Assembly (NCBI GenBank): GCA_903821745.1
Contig: CAIJMI010000005.1
Coordinates: 57,051 to 121,050 of the forward strand
From: Candidatus Gottesmanbacteria bacterium
Lineage (GTDB): Bacteria > Patescibacteriota > Microgenomatia > UBA10105 > UBA927
Length of the DNA stretch: 64,000 nucleotides
Reading direction: 5' to 3'
Each line of letters begins with the position of its first letter. Positions within the stretch are counted from its first letter, which is position 1. Under the pieces are notes generated by a model. It did not search any database. It saw nothing but the letters and a program-made list of their open reading frames with translations, and was not told where the DNA came from. A program made the position numbers and the translations under genes. This document shows positions 1 to 11,306 of the stretch, piece by piece.

Positions 1-1
1 A

Positions 2-289
2 GCAGAGACAAAAAAAGAAGCAACAGTGTTGATTGAAGAATCGAAAGTTCATGCAAAAGACGAAGCAAAACAGATAATAGAGTCTGCTCATAAAGAAGCA
101 GATGAAATTATCGAAAAAGGGAAGCTTCAGGCAGCTGAACAAAAAAAGATGATGCAAAAGGAAATGCAACAAGAGGCAATTGACCTGGCAACAGGTATGG
201 CAAAACGGTTACTGGCATCTGCAATGACAGCAGAAACAGCACATACTGTTTTGAAAAAGCATATCAAAGAATTACAAGCAATTGCATAA
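2..289 (+). CDS. atpF: ATP synthase F0 subunit b (5' truncated by window edge)
   Basis: Charged coiled-coil C-terminal half directly upstream of delta and alpha subunits. Confidence 0.85.
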   Translation, partial: AETKKEATVLIEESKVHAKDEAKQIIESAHKEADEIIEKGKLQAAEQKKMMQKEMQQEAIDLATGMAKRLLASAMTAETAHTVLKKHIKELQAIA

Positions 290-292
290 CGT

Positions 293-646
293 ATGGCAGA
301 ATTAACGAAAGATGCGCGAGGATTTGTGAGCGGAATAGTTCAGTATCTTGAAGGAGATAAACCAATCTCCAGTCAAGTTCCGAAGCTGAAGAAGTTATTG
401 TCAAAAGTAACTGCAGCAGACGGGAAAGACGTTGAAGCTGAAGTGATAACGACCGTACCGATGCAGGTGGAGGAAAAACAAAAACTGACAACCGCTCTCG
501 AAAAGCTGGTGAAACATCCGGTAAAGTTGGTGTGCTCAGTTGATGAGTCATATATTGCCGGCATGCAAATAAAAATAGGAGATTGGGTTGTTGATACAAC
601 GTTTGTACACCAACTCCAGTCCCTTGCTCAAGTATTAGGAGAGTAA
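293..646 (+). CDS. atpH: ATP synthase F1 delta subunit (short)
   Basis: C-terminal [23 protein letters not shown] motif; operon position. Confidence 0.85.
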   Translation: MAELTKDARGFVSGIVQYLEGDKPISSQVPKLKKLLSKVTAADGKDVEAEVITTVPMQVEEKQKLTTALEKLVKHPVKLVCSVDESYIAGMQIKIGDWVVDTTFVHQLQSLAQVLGE

Positions 647-651
647 CATCT

Positions 652-2172
652 ATGAAACAGGACACTACAGTGACCATCGCAAAAGAATTAGCAAAACGTT
701 TGGAAAACTACAAACCGGAAATTACGGCACGCCGTGTCGGGAAAATTCTTTCTATTGCCGATGGTGTGGTGAAGGTCAGTGGACTCCCACATGTAGCGTA
801 TCTGGAACAAGTGACGTTCAAAAATGGACTCGTAGGATTTGTCATTAATTTGGAGGAAGATGCCATCGGGGTCGTTGTTCTTGGAGACTATTTGAAGCTT
901 CATGAAGGAGATGAAGTTCAAACAACCGGCATGTTGCTTTCAATTCCCGTTGGTGACGCGTTTCTTGGACGGGTAGTGAATCCTTTAGGAGAGCCAATTG
1001 ATGGAAAAGGCCCAATTACTGCAAAAAAGACGTATCCAATTGAAAAAATCGCACCAAGCGTGATGTATCGATCTCCGGTTAATACACCACTCCAAACGGG
1101 ACTCAAAGCAATTGATGCGATGATTCCAATTGGTCGTGGACAGCGGGAACTGATTATTGGAGACAGAAACACAGGGAAAACCGCTGTTGCCATCGATACG
1201 ATCATTAACCAAAGTAAAGAAAATGTCTATTGTATTTATGTTGCCATCGGGCAAAAAACTTCTCGTGTGGCCCAAGTCGTTGCTGATCTTGAGAAACGCG
1301 GGGCAATGAAACATACAATTATCGTTTCTGCTTCCTCAAGCGACCCAACAGCATATCAGTATTTAGCTCCATATTCCGGATGTGCACTGGGTGAATATTT
1401 CATGGATCAAGGGAAAGACGCATTAGTTATCTATGACGACCTTATCAAGCATGCGTGGGCCTATCGACAAATTTCGTTGACACTGCGACGGCCGTCCGGT
1501 CGTGAGGCATACCCAGGGGATGTTTTTTACCTCCATTCACGACTGTTGGAACGGGCCTGTAAACTCGATGAAGACCATGGTGGCGGATCACTGACCGCAC
1601 TTCCAATTATTGAGACGCAGGCAAATGATTTGTCCGCATATATTCCAACCAACGTTATTTCCATAACTGACGGACAAATTTATTTGGAATCAGATTTATT
1701 CAATGCAGGACAACGGCCAGCTGTGAACATCGGACTTTCCGTTTCTCGTGTTGGAGGCGCCGCACAAATTAAAGCAATGAAAAAAGTTGCAGGAAATCTA
1801 CGTATTGATTTGGCACAGTATCGGGAACTTGCCGCGTTTGCACAATTCTCATCTGACCTTGATGAAGCAACCAAAAAACAAATTGATCGCGGAGCCCGCA
1901 TGATTGAACTTCTCAAACAGGGGCAATATGTGCCAATGGCAATTGATAAACAGATTGTCATTATTTGGGCTGGAGTAAAAGGATATCTTGACTCAATTCC
2001 CCTTGCATCAATTGGTGCGTTTGAAAAAGGATTTTTGGCTGTTATGGACAGGGATTACAAAAAAACATTAACCACGCTGTTAAAAGAACGACAATTGACA
2101 CCGGAAATTGAGGAAAGTTTAAAAAAAGCAATTGAAACGTACAAAAAAGATTTTGTTTTTGAAACGAAATAA
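652..2172 (+). CDS. atpA: ATP synthase F1 alpha subunit
   Basis: GDRNTGKT Walker [21 protein letters not shown]. Confidence 0.98.
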   Translation: MKQDTTVTIAKELAKRLENYKPEITARRVGKILSIADGVVKVSGLPHVAYLEQVTFKNGLVGFVINLEEDAIGVVVLGDYLKLHEGDEVQTTGMLLSIPVGDAFLGRVVNPLGEPIDGKGPITAKKTYPIEKIAPSVMYRSPVNTPLQTGLKAIDAMIPIGRGQRELIIGDRNTGKTAVAIDTIINQSKENVYCIYVAIGQKTSRVAQVVADLEKRGAMKHTIIVSASSSDPTAYQYLAPYSGCALGEYFMDQGKDALVIYDDLIKHAWAYRQISLTLRRPSGREAYPGDVFYLHSRLLERACKLDEDHGGGSLTALPIIETQANDLSAYIPTNVISITDGQIYLESDLFNAGQRPAVNIGLSVSRVGGAAQIKAMKKVAGNLRIDLAQYRELAAFAQFSSDLDEATKKQIDRGARMIELLKQGQYVPMAIDKQIVIIWAGVKGYLDSIPLASIGAFEKGFLAVMDRDYKKTLTTLLKERQLTPEIEESLKKAIETYKKDFVFETK

Positions 2173-2186
2173 TCGGTTGATATTGT

Positions 2187-3050
2187 ATGGCAAGTATTCG
2201 AATCTTAAGAAGGCGAATTAAATCAGCAAAAAACATTGCACAGATAACAAAAGCAATGGAGCTTGTAGCAGCGTCCAAAATGAAAAAAGCGCAGGCACAA
2301 GCACTTGCAGGCAAGCAATATGCTCAAAAAATTTATGAAATGGTGACCGAGCTTGCACAAAGAACTGATGTGTCAAATCATCCGTATTTGACGCGTCCAA
2401 AAACCGTGATTGGGAAACGACTGATTATTCTTATTTCAACAACAAAAGGATTATGCGGCGGTTTAAACAGCAATTTATTTCGGTACTGTGTGAAAACATA
2501 TCCGGATTTTCAAAAGCATGATATTGTAACGGTCGGAAAAAAGGGAAGCTCACTAGCGGTTCGGTTAGGCGCAAAGCTGATAGCAGATTTTTCAGAGACC
2601 ATACCGTTTGTGACCGGAGTGCCGGCAATTATTGAGCTTGCAGTCAATGAATACTTAGCCGGTCATTATGATGGGGTTGATGTAATATTTAATGAATTTA
2701 AATCAGCCCTGCAACAATTGCCAAAAAAGAAGACCGTGTTACCGTTAACGATTGAGGCAAGTGCAGAAAAGACGGAGAAACACGATGATTTTTCGGAATT
2801 TGTGATTGAGCCGTCAAAGAATGAAGTGTTTGATGCGCTTCTTCCGCATTATTTGGAAAATCAGGTACGAGATGCGATTTTACAGGCGGAAGCCAGTGAA
2901 CAATCAGCCAGAATGGTAGCTATGAGAAATGCAACGGATAACGCATTATCGCTCATTGATGGGTTAACCCTGATGTATAACAAAGAACGACAGGCAAAAA
3001 TTACATTTGAAATTGCTGATATCGTAACAGCGAGACTCGCTGTTGAATAA
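2187..3050 (+). CDS. atpG: ATP synthase F1 gamma subunit
   Basis: ITKAMELVAASK, KGLCGGLN, ASEQSARMVAM, RQAKIT. Confidence 0.97.
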   Translation: MASIRILRRRIKSAKNIAQITKAMELVAASKMKKAQAQALAGKQYAQKIYEMVTELAQRTDVSNHPYLTRPKTVIGKRLIILISTTKGLCGGLNSNLFRYCVKTYPDFQKHDIVTVGKKGSSLAVRLGAKLIADFSETIPFVTGVPAIIELAVNEYLAGHYDGVDVIFNEFKSALQQLPKKKTVLPLTIEASAEKTEKHDDFSEFVIEPSKNEVFDALLPHYLENQVRDAILQAEASEQSARMVAMRNATDNALSLIDGLTLMYNKERQAKITFEIADIVTARLAVE

Positions 3051-3068
3051 AGGCAAATGTTTATATAA

Positions 3069-4481
<1,413 letters not shown>

Positions 4482-4489
4482 TAGGGTTT

Positions 4490-4921
4490 ATGGATACAAT
4501 GCATCTTTCAATTGTTACGCCACAGCGGGAAGCATTTAGTCAGGACGTGAATTTCGTGACTGTATCAACCCCAAATGGCACAATTGGTATTTTGCCAAAT
4601 CATGTTTCACTGGTCACAGCACTTGTTGAAGGAGAAATTAAGGTGACGGCCGGTGGGAAGGAGTCGTATTTTGCAATTGGTGGCGGTTTTATGCAGGTCA
4701 CCAAAAAGTCAGTTATCATTTTAGTATCACGCGCCGTACATGCAGATGAGCTGAATGAGGCGGAAATTAAAAAAGCACAGGAAAGCGCAAAAATGGATGT
4801 GAAACAAAAAGGTGCAGGGATTGAACGATCAGAAGCGCTTGCAATTTTGCGTCGTTCATCGCTTGAATTGAAGGTTTTACGACACAAAAAGCGACGAAGC
4901 GGTATGCCTAATGCACTATGA
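4490..4921 (+). CDS. atpC: ATP synthase F1 epsilon subunit
   Basis: IVTP, GTIGILPNH, GGFMQV; follows atpD. Confidence 0.95.
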   Translation: MDTMHLSIVTPQREAFSQDVNFVTVSTPNGTIGILPNHVSLVTALVEGEIKVTAGGKESYFAIGGGFMQVTKKSVIILVSRAVHADELNEAEIKKAQESAKMDVKQKGAGIERSEALAILRRSSLELKVLRHKKRRSGMPNAL

Positions 4922-5559
4922 AGCAGTTGCGGCTAAAAAATATAACGCTTGTTCAACATCCACTTATCGATCATTCCTTAACTGTTCTTCGTGATACACA
5001 TTGTTCTACAGCAGATTTTAGACAACATTCAGGAATTGTGTCACAAATTCTTATTCTTGAAGCAACCAAAAATCTTCACGTGGTGAATAAGACAATTCAA
5101 ACACCGCTTGCAAAAATGATAGGAAAACGGCTAAAAAATGACGTTGTTGTTGTTCCCGTTCTACGGTCCGGACTTGCGATGCTTATGGAACTGCAAGATT
5201 TTCTTCCATCCACGCGCGTTGGATTTATTGGGTTACATCGTGATGAAAAAACCGCGCAGGCACATCAGTATTATGAAAAATTACCGAAAATTTTTGCATC
5301 GCACAAGGTTTTTCTTATTGATCCGATGCTTGCAACAGGCGGCTCTCTCATTGCATCCATGAATATGCTTCGGGAAAAAGGTGCAAAAAATATTACGATC
5401 GTTTGCATTGTATCAGCACCAGAAGGGATTTCAGAAATTAACAAAGCGTATCCGGATGTACATATATATACTGCCGCGATAGATAAGCATTTAAATACGC
5501 AAAAATTTATTGTTCCGGGACTGGGTGATTTTGGCGATCGGTATTTTGGAACTATTTAA
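4918..5559 (+). CDS. upp: Uracil phosphoribosyltransferase
   Basis: VPVLRSG, IDPMLATGGS, IVPGLGDFGDRYFGT. Confidence 0.96.
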   Translation: MKQLRLKNITLVQHPLIDHSLTVLRDTHCSTADFRQHSGIVSQILILEATKNLHVVNKTIQTPLAKMIGKRLKNDVVVVPVLRSGLAMLMELQDFLPSTRVGFIGLHRDEKTAQAHQYYEKLPKIFASHKVFLIDPMLATGGSLIASMNMLREKGAKNITIVCIVSAPEGISEINKAYPDVHIYTAAIDKHLNTQKFIVPGLGDFGDRYFGTI

Positions 5560-5565
5560 AAAGAG

Positions 5566-5594
5566 TTGACAATTGTAAGATAGCTGATTATAGT
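5566..5594 (+). promoter_or_regulatory. Sigma70 promoter for CBS-domain gene
   Basis: TTGACA-17 nt-TATAGT, ATG 10 nt downstream. Confidence 0.7.
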
Positions 5595-5604
5595 AAATGT
5601 TCCT

Positions 5605-6066
5605 ATGAACATATCACAAATCATGCGAAAGCATATCGTGATAGCTTCACTTGAAAGTACTGTTGCTGACCTGCTTCCTCTCTTTTTTGAAAAACGGCTA
5701 AATTCTCTTCCTATTTTAAATAGAAAGCATCAACTAGTTGGTATTGTCGTTCGAGAAGATGTATTAAGGTTATTGTATCCTGATTATCAGGAGTATATTC
5801 AGGACATGATTGTAAATGATGAGCTTGATGCTTTTGATAAGGATTTTAGTGAAGTCCTGCGGGTAAAAACAAAAGATGTTATGCAAACGAAAGTACTGAC
5901 TGCTACACCGAAAACTCGTGCAATGCAGGCATTAGCCCGTATGATAGCGCATCACATTGATCAGTTGCCCGTAGTGACAGATAAAGGGAAATTAGTAAGC
6001 ATGATCACAAAAGCAGATATTTTTTATGCCTTATATAAGGCAAATAAAAAGAGAATTCACCAATAA
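5605..6066 (+). CDS. CBS domain-containing protein
   Basis: Tandem CBS repeats (LPILNRKHQLVGIV; LPVVTDKGKLVSMITKAD). Confidence 0.9.
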   Translation: MNISQIMRKHIVIASLESTVADLLPLFFEKRLNSLPILNRKHQLVGIVVREDVLRLLYPDYQEYIQDMIVNDELDAFDKDFSEVLRVKTKDVMQTKVLTATPKTRAMQALARMIAHHIDQLPVVTDKGKLVSMITKADIFYALYKANKKRIHQ

Positions 6067-6073
6067 ATCTTCG

Positions 6074-6102
6074 TTGACGGAAGAGATGTTTTTTGTTAGC
6101 AT
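6074..6102 (+). promoter_or_regulatory. Sigma70 promoter for pyrG (likely leaderless)
   Basis: TTGACG-17 nt-TAGCAT, ATG 5 nt downstream. Confidence 0.65.
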
Positions 6103-6107
6103 AGCGT

Positions 6108-7769
6108 ATGCTTACTAAATTTATTTTTGTATCTGGCGGTGTCATATCAGGGATTGGAAAAGGCAATACAACAGCTTCCATAGCACTTCTTTTAAAAAAC
6201 CGTGGGTACAGGGTTACGTGTGTAAAATGTGAAAATTATCTCAACATTGATGCCGGCCTCATTAATCCAATAGAACATGGTGATCCATATCTTCTTGACG
6301 ATGGAACGGAAGCAGATATGGACATGGGAACATATGAAAAATTTTTGGGAATTAACATGAAACGGCATAATTTTGTCACCATGGGACAAATTTACCGAAC
6401 GGTCATTGATAGGGAACGGAATTTTGAATATAAAGGGGAAGATGTTGAAGCAATTCCTAATGTAACGGATGAAATTATACGGCGTATCAAAGAAGCCGGA
6501 GAAATTGAAAAAGCAGAAATAGTTGTTGTAGAGCTTGGCGGTACTGCCGGAGAATACCAAAATCAACTATATTATGAAGCATCACGTATTCTATCACATA
6601 ATAAAAAAAATACAGTTATTCATGTACATGTCAGTTACCTACCAACTCCAACGCATTTGGGCGAGCCTAAAACGAAGCCAACACAGCTTTCAGTTCGGAC
6701 ATTAAATTCCATGGGTATTCAACCGGATTTTATTGTCGCCCGTGGTGAAAAAGCAGTAGATGAACGCCGTCGTGCACGATTTGCGCTGTTTTGCAACGTG
6801 GATCCAGAAAATATTATTAACAACCCTGACGTGGAAAGCAGTGTGTATGAAATTCCTTTGCAATTTGTAGAGCAGAAATTTGATGAAAAATTACTCCAAG
6901 CATTAGGACTTCCATTAGGAAAACCGCCTGCAATGACCCAGTGGAATAAGATGGTTGAAACCATTAAAGCAAAAAAGGAAAAGATAATCACGATTGCAAT
7001 CGTTGGAAAATATTTTACGACAGGTGACTACGAACTTCGGGATAGTTATGCAGCACTTCTGGATGCAATAGATCATGCAAGCTGGGCAAAAGGTGTTGCT
7101 GTTAAAACAAAATGGATACAGGCGGAAAAACTAGAAACTGGAACACTTGAAGAATTAAAAAATATTGACGGTGTCATTGTTCCAATTGGTTGGGGACCGC
7201 GTGGTGAAGAGGGGAAGATTAAAGCTATTGAATACGCCAGGGTGAATAAAATTCCCTACTTGGGACTTTGCTATGGTATGCAGCTTGCGGTTGTTGAGTA
7301 TGCTAGAAATGTTCTTCATCTTGATGGTGCAAATACCACAGAATGTGATCAGAATACTAAATATTCGGTTATTCATATGATTTCAGGACAAAAAGAAATC
7401 ATGGAACGACGAGCCTATGGTGGAACCATGCGTTTGGGTCGGTGGGAATGTAAAGTTGCACCAAATACGCAGTCAGATACAAGTTATACAACGTATAAAG
7501 GATATGACAATGCGGAAAAGAAGATTGTGGGAGAACGACATAGGCATCGCTACGAGTTTAATAATGCCTACGCAAGTCAGCTTGAAGCTGCAGGACTTGT
7601 TATTGCGGGTCGGAGTGTTGTAGAGAACCTGGTTGAGGTTATCGAGCTTCCTAAAGCAGTACACCCGTTCTTTGTTGGAACTCAGTATCATCCAGAATAT
7701 CGGTCTACGCCGCTCGTTCCACATCCATTATTTCTCGATTTCATAGCTAGTTGTCTTCAGGAAGCATAA
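6108..7769 (+). CDS. pyrG: CTP synthase
   Basis: GGVISGIGKG, KTKPTQ, GLCYGMQ, ERHRHRYE, QYHPE. Confidence 0.97.
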   Translation: MLTKFIFVSGGVISGIGKGNTTASIALLLKNRGYRVTCVKCENYLNIDAGLINPIEHGDPYLLDDGTEADMDMGTYEKFLGINMKRHNFVTMGQIYRTVIDRERNFEYKGEDVEAIPNVTDEIIRRIKEAGEIEKAEIVVVELGGTAGEYQNQLYYEASRILSHNKKNTVIHVHVSYLPTPTHLGEPKTKPTQLSVRTLNSMGIQPDFIVARGEKAVDERRRARFALFCNVDPENIINNPDVESSVYEIPLQFVEQKFDEKLLQALGLPLGKPPAMTQWNKMVETIKAKKEKIITIAIVGKYFTTGDYELRDSYAALLDAIDHASWAKGVAVKTKWIQAEKLETGTLEELKNIDGVIVPIGWGPRGEEGKIKAIEYARVNKIPYLGLCYGMQLAVVEYARNVLHLDGANTTECDQNTKYSVIHMISGQKEIMERRAYGGTMRLGRWECKVAPNTQSDTSYTTYKGYDNAEKKIVGERHRHRYEFNNAYASQLEAAGLVIAGRSVVENLVEVIELPKAVHPFFVGTQYHPEYRSTPLVPHPLFLDFIASCLQEA

Positions 7770-7788
7770 ATAGTATAATAACGAGATT

Positions 7789-8184
7789 ATGGCGAATCAA
7801 ACACACTGGAATACAACAATTCTTCATATCGGCGACACGATTCGTGTTCACTACAAATTAATTGAACATGAAAAGGTTTCCGGTAAAACAAAACGTGAAG
7901 TGAAAGATGAAACACGGGAACGTGTTCAGGTTTTTGAAGGAATCCTTATCGCCATTAAAAACGGACAAGAAAATCAAATGATCACCGTTCGCAAGATTGG
8001 AGTTGGAGCCATCGGAATTGAACGTATTTTCCCAATTATCTCTCCATGGATTAAAAAAATTGAAGTCAAAAAGCACGGCGATGTCCGTCGTGCAAAATTG
8101 TATTATCTTCGTGGTCGAAAGGGCCGAGCTGCGACAAAAATTAATGAGGCGGCTATAAAAGAAAAGCCGGAAATAAAAGGCTAA
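7789..8184 (+). CDS. rplS: 50S ribosomal protein L19
   Basis: GDTIRV, RVQVFEG, GDVRRAKLYYLR. Confidence 0.96.
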   Translation: MANQTHWNTTILHIGDTIRVHYKLIEHEKVSGKTKREVKDETRERVQVFEGILIAIKNGQENQMITVRKIGVGAIGIERIFPIISPWIKKIEVKKHGDVRRAKLYYLRGRKGRAATKINEAAIKEKPEIKG

Positions 8185-8443
8185 TTGTTTAATTCAGATC
8201 CTGCTTATGAGAATTTAATTTCTCAAACCTCTGTTTCATCTCCTATATTCAGGTTAAAGTCTGCAAAAAAATTATCAAAAATATGTTTGTGATCCTCAAT
8301 TCGCTTGTCTCGTCACCCATTCGAGAATGGCAAGGCGTTACCTGTGACCGATAGCATCATTTTCGTCGCAAAAAGATAGAAAAAAAGTATTGACAACCTG
8401 AAGCATATATGAAATGCTGAATCTAACTGAGGAGGAATGAATT

Positions 8444-9466
8444 ATGGCTTTTCTCAAAAAATCAAAACAGATCTCACCGTCGAAGATTCTTCTTTTTGTC
8501 CTCCTTTTTGGTTTTGGTATTTTTGCCATCTATTTGTTGTCATACAAAAATAGATTGAACTTGGATTTCCGTTCAAGAGCTGGGACGACCGTCGCTGTCA
8601 TAAAATCGTGGGATTTTGCAACAGATGGCAATACGGAAGGGTGGAACGCAACCAACATGACAGGGTTTACGACAAAATCAGGGCTTCTTGATGGAGTTGT
8701 AGGAGGAGATACGACAGGCTTAACGACAAAAGAAGTGAAAATACCATTTATAGCAAACACTGCAGTGGCATTGTCGACCAAAGAAAATGTCCGGTACGCA
8801 TTTGGGAATAAAAGCATTAAAATCCGTATGGCAGTAACTACTGGAATTTGTAGAGGTACAGCATATGTACAAGAAGAAGGACAGGAATCGAGTCTTCCGC
8901 GATGTCCAGGTGGAAACGATCCAATCACTTTTCCGTTTGAAATCAGTGTTATTACACCGCTTCGGGCTGCTGAATTTGATAAAACATTTCAAAAAGTGGT
9001 CGGCGACGGCGTGATGCATGAGTATGAATTCATTATTCCGGAATCGTTACCGATCACATCTATCCAAGGTATTTCAATAAAGTTTACGGGCCTTATGGGG
9101 AAAGCTGGCTCGGTCGTGAAAATTGATTATATTCAGGTGGTGGCAAGACAATTTATAAAACCAACACCAAAACCGGAGCCAGGCGCGTGCGGATTAAAAA
9201 ACAACGGGTGTTCCGGTTCCTGTACCTCAGGATCTACATGTAAGTTGGTGACACAGGGTGGAACAGCAGCTTGTACGTGTGTAACCAATCCCATACCAAA
9301 AGCTACCAAACCAGTCGTCGATTGTACATGGAAAGGCGCTAAATGTAGTGGTTCATGTGGGACAGGATCTACGTGTATACAAAGCGGGACAAACTCATGT
9401 AGCTGCCGAAATCTAAACCTAACCCCAACAAAAAGAATACCTACACCAATAACACGGTGGCAGTAA
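8444..9466 (+). CDS. Membrane-anchored/secreted Cys-rich hypothetical protein
   Basis: N-terminal TM helix then RSRA; two CSGSCxxGSTC repeats; GGAGG SD upstream. Confidence 0.75.
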   Translation: MAFLKKSKQISPSKILLFVLLFGFGIFAIYLLSYKNRLNLDFRSRAGTTVAVIKSWDFATDGNTEGWNATNMTGFTTKSGLLDGVVGGDTTGLTTKEVKIPFIANTAVALSTKENVRYAFGNKSIKIRMAVTTGICRGTAYVQEEGQESSLPRCPGGNDPITFPFEISVITPLRAAEFDKTFQKVVGDGVMHEYEFIIPESLPITSIQGISIKFTGLMGKAGSVVKIDYIQVVARQFIKPTPKPEPGACGLKNNGCSGSCTSGSTCKLVTQGGTAACTCVTNPIPKATKPVVDCTWKGAKCSGSCGTGSTCIQSGTNSCSCRNLNLTPTKRIPTPITRWQ

Positions 9467-9604
9467 CAATAAGATAGGTTTTAGGGAGAGTGGATATTTA
9501 TAGTGAACAGCCTAGCAATCTGCATGTTTTGAAAAGGAAAATTTGTTTTAGTTCTATGCCCCCGGGCTAGCTTATGCGATAACTAAACAAATTGCAGATA
9601 CCTC

Positions 9605-9853
9605 TCAAGAATCTGACTCTTCACCCCTAGCTTTAGCGGCTTTTTCCTCTGCTAGTTCTTGAACAATTTTTTTGAGGTCGATACCATGCCTTAATGCTTG
9701 TCTTACAAAGGCATCTGCATTTAGGTCGCTAATTGGTTCTGGTTTACTTGGAGTTGCCTTTTTTTTAGATGCTTCAAATGCTCTTCGCTGTCTTTCTCTA
9801 AGCTCGGCAGCTCTAGAGTTATCTCTCATTATTTCTTTTTCTATATCGCTCAT
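9605..9853 (-). CDS. Small charged helical hypothetical protein
   Basis: 82 aa ATG-started ORF with protein-like composition. Confidence 0.6.
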   Translation of the reverse strand: MSDIEKEIMRDNSRAAELRERQRRAFEASKKKATPSKPEPISDLNADAFVRQALRHGIDLKKIVQELAEEKAAKARGEESDS

Positions 9854-9936
9854 ATGTTTTATTATGGCTGATTGGATTTAAAAGTTCAAGAATGTGATTC
9901 AAACAGGTTGAAATCCCTTTGTTATGCTGACAATAA

Positions 9937-9952
9937 TTAGTTAAGTAACTAA
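9937..9952. promoter_or_regulatory. Palindromic putative MarR operator
   Basis: TTAGTT-N4-AACTAA immediately upstream of the MarR remnant ATG (9964). Confidence 0.45.
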
Positions 9953-9963
9953 ACTAAACGTTT

Positions 9964-10260
9964 ATGTTGCAAAGAGGGGTAGCTATTTTGAGTCAATTGT
10001 AAGTAATATACAAGTAATTAGGCGTATCTTGGTTCAAAAAGGTGGAAATCTAAATAAGAGTTGTGGTATTACCTTGACACAGGCAAATGTCTTGCTTTTA
10101 GTTAAACAGGAAAAATACCTCAGTATGACTGAAATTTCATCCAAACTAGGTATGTCTATAAGTGGGCAACGCAACTGGTAGATAATTTGGTTGAATAAAA
10201 TTTGGTTATGCGCGAAACAGATCAGATGGTGGCACGAGAACCTATTGCGCCTTTTTTTAA
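9964..10260 (+). pseudogene. MarR-family transcriptional regulator pseudogene
   Basis: Manual translation: GITLTQANVLLLVKQEKYLSMTEISSKLGMSISG / ATQLVDNLVE*NLVMRETD; two frameshifts and one in-frame TAA; 3' end approximate. Confidence 0.75.
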
Positions 10261-10270
10261 TGTAGTTATA

Positions 10271-10347
10271 ACCGCCCAAGAATATGGAGGTGGGCGATGC
10301 CGGTGTGTATGCCTCGCGAGAGGCAGGCACAACCCCGCAAGAGCAAC
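10271..10347 (+). ncRNA. Candidate structured RNA of unknown class
   Basis: GC-rich island; CGCCCA/TGGGCG stem plus long hairpin capped TGCCTC-GCGA-GAGGCA (GNRA loop). Confidence 0.4.
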
Positions 10348-10362
10348 ATTTTTCACTTTTTG

Positions 10363-10435
10363 TGAGCCGGCCGGGACTCGAACCCGGAACCAACAGCTTA
10401 AAAGGCTGCTGCTCTACCAATTGAGCTACCGACCC
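10363..10435 (-). tRNA. tRNA-Lys(TTT)
   Basis: Cloverleaf GGGTCGG...CCGGCTCA, anticodon loop CTTTTAA. Confidence 0.95.
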
Positions 10436-10490
10436 AATAAATCAAAGTAGCCATATTATAGCAATTTTTTTAGGTTCTGGCACGAGGGAT

Positions 10491-11306
10491 TTATTTTGTC
10501 AAACAAAAAATGCTTCCAACAGAAGAAAGCTCTTGTATAGTGGTGGTAGGAGTCATAAATGAAGATGCGGTGCCACCGTCTAAATTAATAGCTGTCTGCA
10601 GGGGTGACGCAAGTATCGAATTTATTTGTTGCAAAATAGTGGGTACATCTCCAAGCAATGGGCCGTCGTACGTTGATCCTTTTGTAAACAAGATGAGGAA
10701 TAGTAAATACCCCTCTTTTGTTATCCCTGCGATAGCTCGTCGTTCTGGAGTATCGTTTTTTATTGCCAATAGAAGTGGTTTTCCTTCTGATAAAAGCATG
10801 GGGCCAGTTTGAACAACGCTTATATAGTCATCAGGAGGCGATAACGATATCGCACTTGCGCGTGATGTTATACAAATATATCCATTAAATAAGGCACTTT
10901 GTAAAGGAACAGGTTGTTCATAATTCATACCAACAAACATGCCAAGTGGTGCATTGGTTTTGGAATAAAAGCCAGCATTAATAGCAAAAACGCATCCCTT
11001 TTCTTCCATAATCTGCCTCATTGTTTTCTTTTCTTTAAAATTACCAATAAGGCGTAATTTTGATGAGTCGTTAACTTCATATATCTCAAAATTATAGACA
11101 GTATCATGAAATGATATTTCCTGAAAACGATGAGATGAACTGGTTTCAGGTGTTTCTACGGAGGATAGTAATTCAGAAGAAACATTGGAATTTGTTTGAG
11201 TTACAGAAGACCGGTGTAGCAATTGAAAAGACCCAACAATGGCAAGAACAAAACTAGCTAAAATAAGAAAAACATATTTTATGCTGGTGCGTTTCCTTTT
11301 TTCCAT
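10491..11306 (-). CDS. Phosphodiester glycosidase (NAGPA-like) family protein
   Basis: N-terminal TM; AINAGFY, GPMLL, RRAIAG, AINLDGGTAS. Confidence 0.8.
   Translation of the reverse strand: MEKRKRTSIKYVFLILASFVLAIVGSFQLLHRSSVTQTNSNVSSELLSSVETPETSSSHRFQEISFHDTVYNFEIYEVNDSSKLRLIGNFKEKKTMRQIMEEKGCVFAINAGFYSKTNAPLGMFVGMNYEQPVPLQSALFNGYICITSRASAISLSPPDDYISVVQTGPMLLSEGKPLLLAIKNDTPERRAIAGITKEGYLLFLILFTKGSTYDGPLLGDVPTILQQINSILASPLQTAINLDGGTASSFMTPTTTIQELSSVGSIFCLTK

Noticed and set aside
10271-10347. SRP RNA, HDV/theta ribozyme, ZTP or fluoride riboswitch identity for the structured element
   Set aside because: SRP helix-8 loops, the nested HDV pseudoknot and the riboswitch consensus nucleotides could not be placed
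10034-10450. ORFs 10034..10420(-) and 10202..10450(+)
   Set aside because: Shadows of tRNA-Lys and the MarR relic, with no independent coding signal
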